From assembly GCA_002269645.1 (NCBI GenBank), contig NIVC01000513.1, positions 434,001-498,000 of the forward strand: 64,000 nucleotides of DNA, in the 5' to 3' direction. This document shows positions 46,506 to 59,298 of the stretch, piece by piece. The notes beneath the pieces were generated by a model. The model saw only the letters and a list, made by a program, of their open reading frames with translations. It was not told the DNA's origin and ran no database searches. The DNA comes from Macrostomum lignano. Taxonomy: Eukaryota. Every line of letters starts with the position of its first letter. Positions within the stretch are counted from its first letter, which is position 1. The translations under genes were made by a program, and so were the position numbers.

Positions 46506-49059
46506 CTGGAAGAAAGTAGAGAGAGAGAAAGTTAAGTTAGGGAAGAGAGGGAGGCTGAGGGTGATGACGGAAGATAGGGGGAAAGAAACTGTGAGGGAGA
46601 CAATTGGGGATAATGGGGCAGAGGGGGGAGAGTGAGGTGGAGAGGGAGTATGAAGGAAACAGAGGAACTTATGTAATCCTTATGGGTAAAGCATAACTCT
46701 CCTGACTGCAGAAGACGCTCAAAAATGAAGTGCATGCAGAGAGGTCTTAAACAGCTAAATCGAGACAAAAAATGCAGAACTCACGGCTTGTTGATTCTAG
46801 ACGCAGGAAAATCCTGTGGCTTTACAGTAAAATCTCTTGCATACATGTAAATATATACTGTGGCCTCGAACATAATAAAGTTCAGTGAAGAGAAGACTTG
46901 CCGTTAGCAATTACATGTAATTATTGTCTCATCATGAAAGCTTGTGGGGCAAGCTGACCCCCGCAGCAATTGAATAACCAGGACTTTAGAAGAAATCAAT
47001 ACGACTAAGCTTGCTCGAACTGGCCTTCGAACACTTTTTCAGATTTTTGTTCTTGAAATGCCCGAGAGGCACGAAGTCACGAATTATAAGAAACATGATA
47101 TATTCCAGAAATGTGCGCTCGTCTGTGATTCCCGCTAACCAATCCCAGCTGTTAAACGATGACTGCATTTGTCGTCGCGCAAGCAAACAGTCGATACCTC
47201 AAAGCAATTGTTATCAAAACATCTATTAATCAAGGTAAGCTTCGAAAGCTAGAATCACGCATAATTTTAATGTCGCTATACTTTTTCGTGACATGTACAA
47301 CTTGAAACTAAAGATTGCTTGCTTAGAAAATTGAAATGTTTCGAGGGTATACAATAATTATACTCGTTCGTTTAAACAAATACATTTTTTAAAACTGACA
47401 ATACGATAATTGTATAAACTAAGAAATACTGCATATGGTTACAAGTACAGTATATATATGACAGTACGTAGTTTGAGCACATACACTATATACAAGCGTA
47501 CTGCAGTTACAACACCACCGTCACAAAATAACGTGATTCGATCCCTCGGTCAATGATTTGTCAGATTCCCGCCGTTCGTATACCCCTTTCACCGAAATGA
47601 CCAATCCAAATATACTAAATCTCTAAGTATTATCCAACTTTCGCCGAAATGTCCTTCGCCGAAGTGTCAATTTTCGCCGAAATGACTGTAACCGCTCGGA
47701 CAGAATTTGGGCTTACATAGGGGCCGATGAGTATATGCTGTATAGCAATTTAAGAAAAGAGAGGCGCGCGGTTCTACCCTGCGCAGGGCGGCTCTTTTTA
47801 TAAACTATCATGAGCAATATAAACGGGTGGGAAATGTGGGGGCCGCAGGGTAAACGGGATGATTTTATGGAAGAGAAACGAAGAGCTGGAATTGTCATTA
47901 CACGTCTGAACCTAAAATATAAAACAGCTGGGAAAATAGAGAGATGGGTAGCACATAACTGTAATTTAAACAACTTCATAATGTTTATATTGTGAAGTAG
48001 GCCCTATAACAAAAATTCAAACACAAAATTCCAAGAACACTAATACTTCTAGTTAGCTTTTCACGAATAAGCAACTAATGGTAAAAGCCGCAACTTAGGC
48101 TCTTATGGTAATCAGGTAGATAATTTTTTATTATTTCTTTCGGCGTTGCACCAGTAGCAAGCTGCTATTTTATGCCAATATGTACTGATTTATTTATATT
48201 ATTACCCCACATTTATTTAGACTTCTTAGGCCTTATTCAAACTTCTTGATTCTAGGCCCCTACTAGATGGAGCATAGATAGATATAGGCCTAGGCGTATA
48301 TATAGGCGAGTATAGATAGATATATTCGTAGCCTCTGAGTAGGTACATGGATGGCAGTCTTGCAATTAAGTAAGTCTGAATGTAGACCAGTGCTAGTGCT
48401 AGATATAAGTGGTATAGCAGAAATGTAATTAAAGTCAGTCAGGGTGGAGACAATGAGGAATGAGGACCTAAGTCCTAATGAATTTGCAAAGTCCAGCACT
48501 GCAAACTCTATATGACTGGTTATGTTTTTTTTAATTTCACATGCAAAAATAGAATTGAATTTCTGACTTAAATTTCTGGCATAGGCCTAGCCTAGGACTA
48601 GGTGGTTATTGTGCAGAGCAGTATATCTATCTATAAGTATAATTGATATCTAGATTAGGCCTAGGATTAGGTGAGCTATCTCTTAGTGTTGACAGCCTAA
48701 AAGTTTTTTCTGATGCAGATAATGCATTTTCCTGAAAATGGTATATAATTAAAATAGAGTAGAGTCGTCTAGGCTAGGGATATATTTTAGCAAAAATTTA
48801 TTTACTAGTTTGTTCCTATTTCACTATTTGCAATTATAATTTCCTAGGTCATTATTATAGGCAAATAGGCCTCACAAATTCTTCTATGACTATGTTATAA
48901 GCAATGTGTCATAACTAATATTAATATAAGACATTGCACCTCATTCTGCTAACTTTCCGAAGCATTAAACAAAAAAGCAAGCTCAGATAGATATTCAATC
49001 ATATATATATGTTTAGGTAATAGACATAGACATAAATAATACTTATTATCTAAGATATA

Positions 49060-49606
49060 TGAGGGCTGTCCTAAAAGTAGGGTTTACTTTTCATTATATC
49101 TCTTGTTTTGATGATTCAAATATCATTATTTTGCAAAATTTTATAATGGCAACTCTTTATATAAAATTTAACATTTTTAAAGTCAGACAATGGAATCAAA
49201 AGTTACAAACTAAAATGTAGCAGGAGCTCAACTATAGACTTACAGTAAGTTAGTAGGCTAGCAAAATTTCAAAGTGGAAGCTGAAAAATGGGTAATTGGG
49301 TGTAGTAAATGTGTAAAACGATTGTGGTAAATGATAGCATTAGACCAATAAGCCAATGAAAGCTGCGCATTAATCTTGGCTACACTGTGTTCTCTCCTCC
49401 AAAGGGTATAAATCTTGCTCCCCTAAGCAACACTTGAATGCAAATCAATGAGTTTGTAACTTTTGTTTCCTTTGTTTGATTTTAAAGATGTTCAAGTTAA
49501 TATGAAAAAGAGAGCTGCCACTATAAAATTGTGCAAAAATGATATTATTTGGATCATCAAAATGAGAGATATAATGAAAATAACTCTACTTTTGGGACAG
49601 CCTTTG
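49060..49606. mobile_element. Tc1/mariner-type MITE with ~150-bp imperfect TIRs and a TA TSD
   Basis: TA|TGAGGGCTGTCCTAAAAGTAG ... CTACTTTTGGGACAGCCTTTG|TA. Inverted similarity continues to ~49210 and ~49450 (aaaagttacaaact / agtttgtaactttt). Confidence 0.8.
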
Positions 49607-49879
49607 TAGTAGCCCTAACTTAATTTACTATTGGGCATATACACTTTATAGTGGCTTTGAGGCTAGCCTTTAGGCTTCAATCAATGATGCTTATTATGCA
49701 AGCAATCACAAGAAAAAATCCAATTTAGTCCCAAAATTAATGTAATTATCCTTGGATTAGAGCCTAGGCTATGGCCCAGATAGACTAGTGTTCTGACAAA
49801 GAATTTAACACTTGGTTTATTTATTTTGACACCCAGACTATTCATATATATCTATATATCAAAAATGCAAAAATGGTTT

Positions 49880-50099
49880 GTATCTATCTATATCTATCTA
49901 TCTTTCTATCTATCTATCTATCTATCTATCTATATCTATCTATCTATCTATCTATATATCTATCATCTATCTACCTATCTATCCATTTATCTGTCCATCT
50001 ACCTATCTATCTACCCATCTATCTATCTATCCATCTATCTATCTCTATATATCTATCTATCATCTATCTACCTATCTATTCATTTATCTGTCTATCTAC

Positions 50100-50152
<53 letters not shown>

Positions 50153-50195
50153 CATATATCCATCTATCCATATATCTATCTATCTATCTATCTCT
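49880..50195. repeat. (TATC)n microsatellite
   Basis: Direct inspection. Confidence 0.95.
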
Positions 50196-50465
50196 AATAT
50201 AGATTTAAAAACATAAAATAACAGTTTGATGTTCAAAGTTTCATGTCTAAAACTGCACAAACAACCTACTAAATGAATAGAATTTTGATAATTGGAAAAT
50301 CTTAAAATGTATTGTTCCATACAGATAATTTAATAGAAGAATTTTAGCAACTTGTAGTCTGCTGGACAATCATCCCTAGTTACCAATCAGTAGCTTCTAG
50401 CTAATTGCAAAGTTGAATACATTATTCATGCTTAAACAAATCCCAATATATTACACATACTGCAG

Positions 50466-50821
50466 CTGGCGGGTGCACCAGGTCAGGCAGCTGCGGCAGA
50501 ATGCTGCAGTTTCCGCAGCCACTTCCAATCGGCCTAATTGTGGTGTCGCTGATTTTTCTATTGCTGCTCTGCTACGGCTTCTATCGCTGCATGCTGGCAC
50601 CTCCGTTTCCCTTAGTGCGCAGTGGCGCTGCTCTCTCAGCCAGCAGCAGCAGCAGACTGCATCCGCCCCCCTGCCCGGCAGCTTCTGCTCCTCCAATGCT
50701 GCTGAACTCCTTCAGGCAAGTCAATGGCGATCAGAGCTGCTGGCAGAACCGTCAGCTTGGCCAACCTGATGTACACCGCAGCCCGCCACCGACTTACGAG
50801 GAGGCCATGCTTTGTGCCTAG
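50466..50821 (+). CDS. Probable terminal exon of a single-pass membrane protein with a PPxY motif
   Basis: Acceptor tactgcag at 50465. It is a GC-rich island with a TM segment IGLIVVSLIFLLLLCYGFY and C-terminal PPPTYEEAM. Confidence 0.45.
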
Positions 50822-51071
50822 TGAGATAAAATCTCAAGTCTGTGGATCACTGCAGATAGAAAACTAACAACCGTGTTGTGTTTTTTATTTCGATTTTTTT
50901 TGAAGCGCATCTCAGCTTTCAAACACGTGCTTTTTGTCTGTCTCAACAAAACATTGCATTTTTTGCTATTATGACTTTTTGATTGCTGAGTTCAATACAT
51001 CAAAACCGATATCATTTTTATCATGCTTAGCCTTTTTTGGTTTAGTTATTTTTTACACTTTCAATTTTGGA

Positions 51072-51616
51072 AAGCCCCACATGATTATAGTCAAGCCCCA
51101 CATGATTATAGTCAAGCCCCACATGGTTATAGTCAAGCCCCACATGGTTATAGTCAAGCCCCACATGATTATAGTCAAGCCCAACATGATTATAGTCAAG
51201 CCCCACATGATTATAGTCAAGCCCCACATGATTATAGTCAAGCCCCACATGGTTATAGTCAAGCCCCACATGATTATAGTCAAGCCCCACATGATTATAG
51301 TCAAGCCCCACATGATTATAGTCAAGCCCCACATGGTTATAGTCAAGCCCCACATGGTTATAGTCAAGCCCCACATGATTATAGTCAAGCCCAACATGAT
51401 TATAGTCAAGCCCCACATGGTTATAGTCAAGCCCCACATGATTATAGTCAAGCCCAACATGATTATAGTCAAGCCCCACATGATTATAGTCAAGCCCCAC
51501 ATGATTATAGTCAAGCCCCACATGATTATAGTCAAGCCCCACATGATTATAGTCAAGCCCACATGATTATAGTCAAGCCCCACATGATTATAGTCAAGCC
51601 CTAAATGATTATAGTC
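51072..51616. repeat. 21-bp minisatellite (aagccccacatgattatagtc), ~26 copies, immediately upstream of WDR3
   Basis: Direct inspection. Confidence 0.95.
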
Positions 51617-51740
51617 ACGCACGGTGCTGGGGGTTCGATTCCCTCTGTCTCTGCCCTATCCATCCCATGTATCTCTAGCTTCTGTGCTCAAGCCAGCTCA
51701 AAAGTGCTCATTAAAAAGCCGACTCACGCTTGTGCATGCC

Positions 51741-54700
51741 ATGCCCGTCACCCACGAGTACCCCCGGTACACCGCCGACTCCCGGTTCGGTCTGACCGCT
51801 TCGCCTCGCTGCAACATCCTGGCCGTGTCCGACCCGGTGACGCGGCACCGCCCTCTGGTGCTGGCCGGCGCTGCTGAGGACGCCATCGCCTGGAACCCCG
51901 TCACCGGCCAGGCTGCTCGCAAATTTCGCGAAGAAGACGACGATGATTTCGCCGACGAAGAGGCCGCGCGGCCGAGACTGCGCGCCGGCGCCGTTGTGGC
52001 GCGCCTGGCCTGGCATGCTGGCGCCTCGGCGCTCGCTGTTGGCTACTCGGATGGCTGGATTCGGCTGTACAACCTGTGGACAGGTGAGCGGATTTCAGTG
52101 TGTTTTGTGAGCTTAGGGAGCGGATTTCAGTGTGTTTTGTGAGCTTGGGGAGCGGATTTCAGTGTGTTTTGTGAGGTTGGGGAGCGGATTTCAGTGTGTT
52201 TTGTAAGGTTAGGGAGCGGATTTCAGTGTGTTTTGTGAGGGTAGGGAGCGGATTTCAGTGTGTTTTGTGAGGGTAGGGAGCGGATTTTAGTGTGTTTTGT
52301 GAGGGTAGGGAGCGGATTTCAGTGTGTTTTGTGAGGGTAGGGAGCGGATTTCAGTGTGTTTTGTGAGGTTGGGGAGCGGATTTCAGTGTATTTTGTGAGG
52401 GTAGGGAGCGGATTTCAGTGTGTTTTGTGAGGTTGGGGAGCGGATTTCAGTGTGTTTTGTGAGGGATTTCTAAATTATCAGCTACAGATTTTCCACCCTG
52501 TGCACTGCAGGCGAGCTGCTGGTGAAGTTCTGCGGCCACAAGAACGCAGTGTCTTCAATGGCTTTCAACGCTGACGGGTCTCTGCTAGCCGCTGGCGGCA
52601 TGGACTCTGACGTCACAGTGCTGCGCATCGAGGGGGAGAGCGGCTTCCGCCTGCAGGGCCACTCCAATGCCGTCACCAAGGTGCGGCTTGTTGGGGTCCT
52701 GGTTTTTCTTCACCCGTAACCACTGCCGCCAGCCTCCCAGATCCCCAGTTGCTGGGCCAGCCTCCCAGATCCCCAGTTGCTGGGCCAGCCTCCCAGATCC
52801 TCAGTTGCTGGGCCAGCCTCCCAGATCCCCAGTTGCTGGGCCAGCCTCCCAGATCCCCAGTTGCTGGGCCAGCCTCCCAGATCCCCAGTTGCTGGGCCAG
52901 CCTCCAAAATCCTTAGTTGCTGGGCCAGCCTCCCAGATCCCCAGTTGCTGGGCCAGCCTCCCAGATCGCTAGTTGCTGGGCCAGCCTCCCAGATCCCCAG
53001 TTGCTGGGCCAGCCTCCAAAATCCTTAGTTGCTGGGCCAGCCTCCAAGATCCCCAGTTGCTTGGCCAGCCTCCCGGATCCAGAGCCAGGATCCTCATAAT
53101 TATTCTTACTCCTTTCCCCCGCATACAATTCCGCAATAATTTCCCGCACCAGGTAGAGTTCCTGGAGCAGTGGAGCAACTGCCTGCTCACCGCCTCCAAA
53201 GACGGCCTCATGAAATTCTGGAATCTGGACATACGCGTCTGCTTCAAAACCCTGACGGGTCACCCGGGCGAAATCTGGGACTTCGCTTTGATTGGCGACG
53301 CCAGGGACCTCCTGGTGACGGGCTCGTGCGACAATCAGCTGCGCCTGTGGCGCCTCTCAGTTCAAGACGATCGCGCACCTGAGGCTAAGAGAGCTCAGAC
53401 TGATGCAGCTAAGGAGGCTGAGCAGCTGGCCCTGCTGCAGCCAGCCGATCTCGAGGTTTCATTCTTCAAAATATTCTTCAAATCCCACCCAAAAATCTCC
53501 CCGAATCCCATTCAACAATCTCCCCAAATCACATCAAATATCTCCCCAAATCCCATTCAAAATCTCCCCAAATCCCATCCAAAATCTCCCCAAATCCCAT
53601 TCAAAATCTCCCCAAATCCCATTCAACAATCTCCCCAAATCACATCAAATATCTCCCCAAATCCCATTCAAAATCTCCCCAAATCCCATCCAAAATCTCC
53701 CCAAATCCCATTCAAAATCTCCCCAAATCCCATTCAACAATCTCCCCAAATCACATCAAATATCTCCCCAAATCCCATTCAAAATCTCCCCAAATCCCAT
53801 TCAACAATCTCCCCAAATCACATCAAATATCTCCCCAAATCCCATTCAAAATCTCCCCAAATCCCATTCAACAATCTCCCCAAATCACATCAAATATCTC
53901 CCCAAATCCCACCCAAAAATCTCCCCAAATCCCATTCAACAATCTCCCCAAATCACATCAAATATCTCCCCAAATCCCATTCAAAATCTCCCCAAATCCC
54001 ATTCAAAATCTCCCCAAATCCATTCAACAATCTCCCCAAATCACATCAAATATCTCCCCAAATCCCACCCAAAAATCTCCCCAAATCCCATTCAACAATC
54101 TCCCCAAATCACATCAAATATTTCCCCAAATCCCATCAAATATTCTCTCAAATCCAATTTAACAATCTCCCCAATCTCATACGAAATCTTCCCAAATCCC
54201 ACCTCAAATATCTCCCCGAAATCCACCTGAAACTCCAGGACGCCCTGGCCGCTGAGTTCCTAGGCAGCGTTGCCAAGGCAACCAAAGGCCGCACGCACTC
54301 GCTTGCCGCCACAGCCGATGGCCGCCTGCTGTGCGTGGCCTCGGGCACCCGCGGTCTCGAATGGTTTGCCTGCCCCAGCTCAGCCGAGCAGCGCACCCGA
54401 CTGAAGCAGCGCCAAAGGAAGGCGGCTAGAAAAGCCGGTGCGGACCGGCCGAGCAGGCTGGCGGCTGAGGATCTGCTCAAACCGGCCGGCATGCTGACCG
54501 GGTTTCCGGCCAAGCTCAGGTGGCCTGCCCTGGGCCCCGTGCGGCTGGCCGAGCAACCAGCCTCCGGAGCCAGCGATGAGGCATCCGTGGATGCTGCTCA
54601 AGGAAGCAATCGGCAGGTTGAGGCGCTGCGTTTTGAGTGCTTTGTCAGCTTGGCCAATAACTCGGTTAGATGCTTGTTGTATATGTACTTTTACAGGTTT

Positions 54701-57700
54701 CTATCTTTGCTCCCGTTAGGAAGTCAGGAAGTGTTGATGTACCTTTCCATTGTCCTCCCAGATCCCCACAGTGCATTGACCTCCCAGTTCCCCACAGTGC
54801 ATTGACCTCCCAGATCCCCACAGTGCATTGACCTCCCAGATCCCCACAGTGCATTGACCTCCCAGATCCCCACAGTGCATTGACCTGTCAGATCCCCACA
54901 GTGCATTGACCTCTCAGATCCCCACAGTGCATTGACCTCTCAGATCCCCACAATGCATTGACCTCTCAGACCCCCACAATGCATTGACCTCCCAGATCCC
55001 CACAGTGCATTGACCTCCCAGATCCCCACAGTGCATTGACCTCTCAGATCCCCACAGTGCATTGACCTCCCAGATCCCCATAGTGCATTGACTTCTCATA
55101 TCCCCACAGTGCATTGACCTCCCAGATCCCCACAATGCATTGAAATCCCATTTTCCAGATCTCCACAGTGCATTAAAATCCCATTTTCCAGATCTCCACA
55201 GTGTATTAAAATCCCATTTTCCAGATCCCCACAGTGCATAAAATCCCATTTTCCAGACCCCCACAGTGCATTGAAATCCCATTTTCCAGATCTCCACAGT
55301 GCATTAAAATCCCATTTTCCAGATCTCCACAGTGCATTAAAATCCCATTTTCCAGATCTCCACAGTGCATAAAATCCCATTTTCCAGACCCCCACAGTGC
55401 ATTGAAATCCCATTTTCCAGATCTCCACAGTGCATTAAAATCCCATTTTCCAGATCTCCACAGTGCATTGAAATCCCATTTTCCAGATCTCCACAGTGCA
55501 TTAAAATCCCATTTTCCAGATCTCCACGGTGCATAACATCCCATTTTCCAGATTCCCACGGTGCATAACATCCCATTTTCCAGATCCCCACAGTGCATTA
55601 AAATCCCATTTTCCAGATCCCCACAGTGCATTAAAATCCCATTTTCCAGATTCTGTCCTACCGTCTCAGCTACTCGGACGGGGCGGTCACGGTGGACTCT
55701 CTTGGCTCAAAAATCAGCCACGGTCACGAAGGCCCAGTCCGATGGGCGACCGTCAGCTCGGATGGCCTGGCGGTGATGACGCTGAGTGCCGGTCAGCTGA
55801 AACTGTGGCGGTTCTCCAGCCTTGCGTGCCTACTCACCATCGACTGCCCCAGCTCCAGCGGCGGCGAAGATCAAAGCGGATCAGGTAGCGGCCAGATGAC
55901 CCGCTGCGTGTTTTTGCCCGGCGATCGGTACGCCGCTGTCGGCACCGCCGATGGCCGCCTGCTACTCTGCGACCTCAGCGATGGCCGGGTGGCTGAGCAG
56001 CTGCAGGTTGGCGCGGAGCTTTATTGAGTTGTTTAGTTGCTGGGCCACCAGCGTCCCAGATCCTCAGTTGCTGGGCCACCAGCCTCCCAGATCCTCAGTT
56101 GCTGGGCCACCAGCCTCCCAGATCCTCAGTCGCTGGGCCACCAGCCTCCCAGATCCTCAGTTGCTGGGCCACCAGCCTCCCAGATCCTCAGTTGCTGGGC
56201 CAGCCTTTTTGTTTTTTGAAAGAAATAATGATAGATTTATTCATATTAAAAGCGTATATTTCTACTCTAAGTAGCGCATTCAGCTAAGGCTACTACTCAT
56301 AGAAAAATCACGCAGCGAGGCCCCCAACCACGAACCCGATTGTCAGGCGCACAGCGGCCCGGTGACCTGCCTGCGCCAGCTCAGCGACTCCAGCGGCCTC
56401 ATCAGCGGCAGCTCAGGCGAGCGGCAGGCGATGCAGTGGCGCTACGAGATCAGCAGGGCGGCAGCTCAAGGCGGTCTCAGCAGCCGCCTGGGCCTCCTGC
56501 TAGCCAGAAGCATCGCTCTGGACGATTGCCTGGCCTCGGTGTGCAGCACCCCGGATGCGCGCCTGCTGTGTTGCGGCCTGCTGGACAACTCCATCCGGGT
56601 TCTGTTCACCGACTCAGTGCGCCAGTTCCTGCACCTGCACGGCCACTCGCAGCCGGCCTCGGCCCTGGCGGCCAGCTCCGACTCCTCCCTGCTGGCCAGC
56701 GGGTCCGGCGACCGCACCATCCGCCTGTGGGGCCTGCAGTTCGGCGACTGTCAGAAGATTCTCCGCGGTCACGACCTGGCCATTGCCGATCTGGCGTTCG
56801 TCCCCATGCCAGAAGGTTTCGAAGGCGCCGATTCGTCGTCATCATCGCGCCTGCTGGTGAGCTGCGGCGCCGACAAGTGTCTGCGACTGTGGGACGCCGG
56901 CAAGTTCCGCAGAGTCGCAGCGCTGCACGGCCATCAGTCCGCCGTGGCCTGTGTGGCAGTTGCCCCCACCGGGGACTACTTTGCTAGCGTAGATCAGGAC
57001 GGCTCCGTTCGCACCTGGCAGAGAACTGAGGAGCCGCTGGTGCTTGAGGAGCAGCGCGAGTTGGAGAAGGATGCTCAGTTTGAGGAGGAGATGGCCGAGC
57101 AGCAGGCTGAGGCCACTGACAGCGCAGCTAGCGGCCTGGTGTCCCGCCTGAGCCTGCAGTCTGTGCGCGGCGCCGAGGCGTTGCTGGCTGCTCTGGAGGT
57201 ACGGCTGCGACTGCTGCAGACTGCATTGCCTTGGTGCTCTGCCTGTCATTGTGGCTGTTGTGTCACTGTGGTCACTGGTCATTGTGGCTGTTGTGTCACT
57301 GTGGTCACTGGTCATTGTGACACTGTGGCTGTTGTGTCACTGTGGTCACTGGTTATTGTGTCACTGTGGCTGTTGTGTCACTGTGGTCACTGGTCATTGT
57401 GTCACTGTGGCTGTTGTGTCACTGTGGTCACTGGTCATTGTGTCACTGTGGTCATTGTGTCATTGTGACCGTTTGTCACTGTGGCCGTTGTGTCACTGTG
57501 GTCACTGGTCATTGTGTCACTGTGGCCGTTGTGTCACTGTGGTCATTGTGTCACTGTGGCTGTTGTGTCACTGTGGTCACTGGTCATTGTGTCACTGTGG
57601 CCGTTGTGTCACTGTGGCCGTTGTGTCACTGTGGCTGTTGTGTCACTGTGGTCACTGGTCATTGTGTCACTGTGGCCGTTGTGTCACTGTGGCCGTTGTG

Positions 57701-58993
57701 TCACTGTGGCTGTTGTGTCACTGTGGTCACTGGTCATTGTGTCACTGTGGTCATTGTGGCCGTTTGTCACTGTGGCCGTTTGTCACTGTGGCCGTTGTGT
57801 CACTGTGGTCACTGGTCATTGTGTCACTGTGGCCGTTGTGTCACTGTGGTCATTGTGTCACTGTGGCTGTTGTGTCACTGTGGTCACTAGTCATTGTGTC
57901 ACTGTGGCCGTTGTGTCACTGTGGCCGTTGTGTCACTGTGGCTGTTGTGTCACTGTGGTCACTGGTCATTGTGTCACTGTGGCCGTTGTGTCACTGTGGC
58001 CGTTGTGTCACTGTGGCTGTTGTGTCACTGTGGCTGTTGTGTCACTGTGGTCACTGGTCATTGTGTCACTGTGGCCGTTGTGTCACTGGTCACTGGTCAT
58101 TGTGTCACTGTGGCTGTTGTGTCACTGTGGTCACTGGTCATTGTGTCACTGTGGTCATTGTGTCATTGTGGCCGTTGTGACACTGTGGCCGTTGTGTCAC
58201 TGTGGTCACTGGTCATTGTGTCACTGTGGCCGTTGTGTCACTGTGGCCGTTGTGTCACTGTGGTCACTGGTCATTGTATCACTGTGGCTGTTGTGTCACT
58301 GTATGGTCATTCTGTCACTGTATGGTGATTGTGTCACTGCATGGTCATTCTGTCACTGTATGGTCATTCTGTCACTGTATGGTCATTGTGTCACTGTATG
58401 GTCATTCTGTCATTTGCTGGGCCCAGTCTTCCGAGTTGCCACACACGCAGAGCACAATAAATAATTAGATTCCACCCCCCTCTGTCCCTCAGCGCTGGGA
58501 GACGGACACCGACAGGGAGACGAAGCCATCATCAGCCGGTGTCAGCGGCGGCAGCAACAAGCCGCTGGAGTCGCTGGGCAGCTGGCTGGGCCGGCAGCCT
58601 CTGCACGAGCTTGAGCAGGCCATCTCAGCCCTGCCGGCTGTGCACGCCAAGCGCCTGCTTGCCGCTCTGGACTCGCTGGCGGCTGGCGGACTGCAGCCCG
58701 AGCGGGTCTGCCGCTGCGCCTGCCTGCTGCTCAGCTTCCACTTTCCCTGCCTGGCCGTGTCCGCTGGCGACACCGCGGCCAAGTTTCAGAGCCGCCTGAC
58801 AGCCTGCGGCAACGGCCTGACCGATTTGCTCGGCTTCAACTTGGCAGCTCTGAGGATTTTACAGTCCATGGCGGCCGAGCAGCAGCCGGATGCGCCGGCT
58901 GCCGAGGCTGCTGATGGCTCTGGCGTCGGGCGGGCCAAGTCGAAGAGGCAGAAGAAACGTCAGAAGCAGATCTTTGATTTGAGAACTGTCTGA
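51741..58993 (+). CDS. WDR3: WD40-repeat protein 3 / Utp12 (Dip2), SSU processome; exons 51741-52083, 52511-52680, 53153-53455, 54239-54664, 55650-56006, 56347-57198, 58493-58993 (983 aa)
   Basis: The N-terminus MPVTHEYPRYTADSRFGLTAS resembles WDR3 MGLTKQYLRY..FG. It has WD repeats GHKNAVSS, GHSNAVTK, GHPGEIW, GHSQPAS, GHDLAI and GHQSAV, and a Utp12 C-terminal domain (ELEQAISALP..RVCRCACLLLSFHF..LGFNLAAL). All six introns are GT-AG and keep the frame. Confidence 0.92.
52086..52463. repeat. 32-bp minisatellite, WDR3 intron 1 (~12 copies)
   Basis: gagcggatttcagtgtgttttgtgagggtagg repeats. Confidence 0.95.
52729..53075. repeat. 28-bp minisatellite, WDR3 intron 2
   Basis: cagcctcccagatccccagttgctgggc repeats. 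Confidence 0.95.
53480..54225. repeat. ~22-bp minisatellite with a partial 111-bp higher-order period, WDR3 intron 3
   Basis: aaatctccccaaatcccattc variants; aacaatc recurs at 53514, 53625 and 53736. Confidence 0.9.
54755..55649. repeat. 26-bp array grading into a 33-bp array, WDR3 intron 4
   Basis: cagatccccacagtgcattgacctcc followed by cagatctccacagtgcattaaaatcccattttc. Confidence 0.95.
56037..56203. repeat. 31-bp minisatellite, WDR3 intron 5 (~5 copies)
   Basis: cagcctcccagatcctcagttgctgggccac repeats. Confidence 0.9.
57244..58412. repeat. Variable-unit minisatellite with a tgtgtcactgtgg core, WDR3 intron 6
   Basis: Direct inspection. Confidence 0.95.
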
Positions 58994-59298
58994 TTGAAGC
59001 TGACTGACTAATCGGTGCGGAGAAACCAGCTGCTTGAAATACAGGCTGATAATCATGCCAATGTGTTCGCATTTTTTTCTTCCTTTCAACTCGAAGCTGT
59101 TAGAGCGGTTGGATAATTGCTGCTTTTGCTATGGTTTTGTTTTAATTAGCTTTGCTTCTTTGCAGGGAGCAGGGTGTGCTCTAAAGTGCAATATTCACAG
59201 TCGCGAGGGTCAAGGCCTCGAAGGCGCTTGCTTAGTAACCACCTAAACTTCAAAAAACCTAAAATTCATAACCATGGGTTTTTGTGAAGCCCCCTCCC

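Noticed and set aside
45084-46535. ORFs such as MSVCLSVCL.. and MTDRQTDR.. (likewise 49826-50216)
   Set aside because: They are translations of TGTC/TATC microsatellites, not genes.
47503-47695. Small foldback/MITE (gcagttaca...tgtaaccgc, with three ttcgccgaa repeats)
   Set aside because: The terminal match is only 9 bp with a mismatch and there is no TSD, which is too weak to call.
50934-51622. Long repeat ORFs (IIVKPHM.., SQAPHDY..)
   Set aside because: A 21-bp unit keeps several frames open; there is no start context or splice support.
52973-58464. The 610-aa, 275-aa, 368-aa and 300-aa ORFs with Pro/Ser or Cys/His repeats
   Set aside because: They are read-through of WDR3 exons into intronic minisatellites. 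Canonical splice sites remove the repeats and restore the WDR3 alignment.
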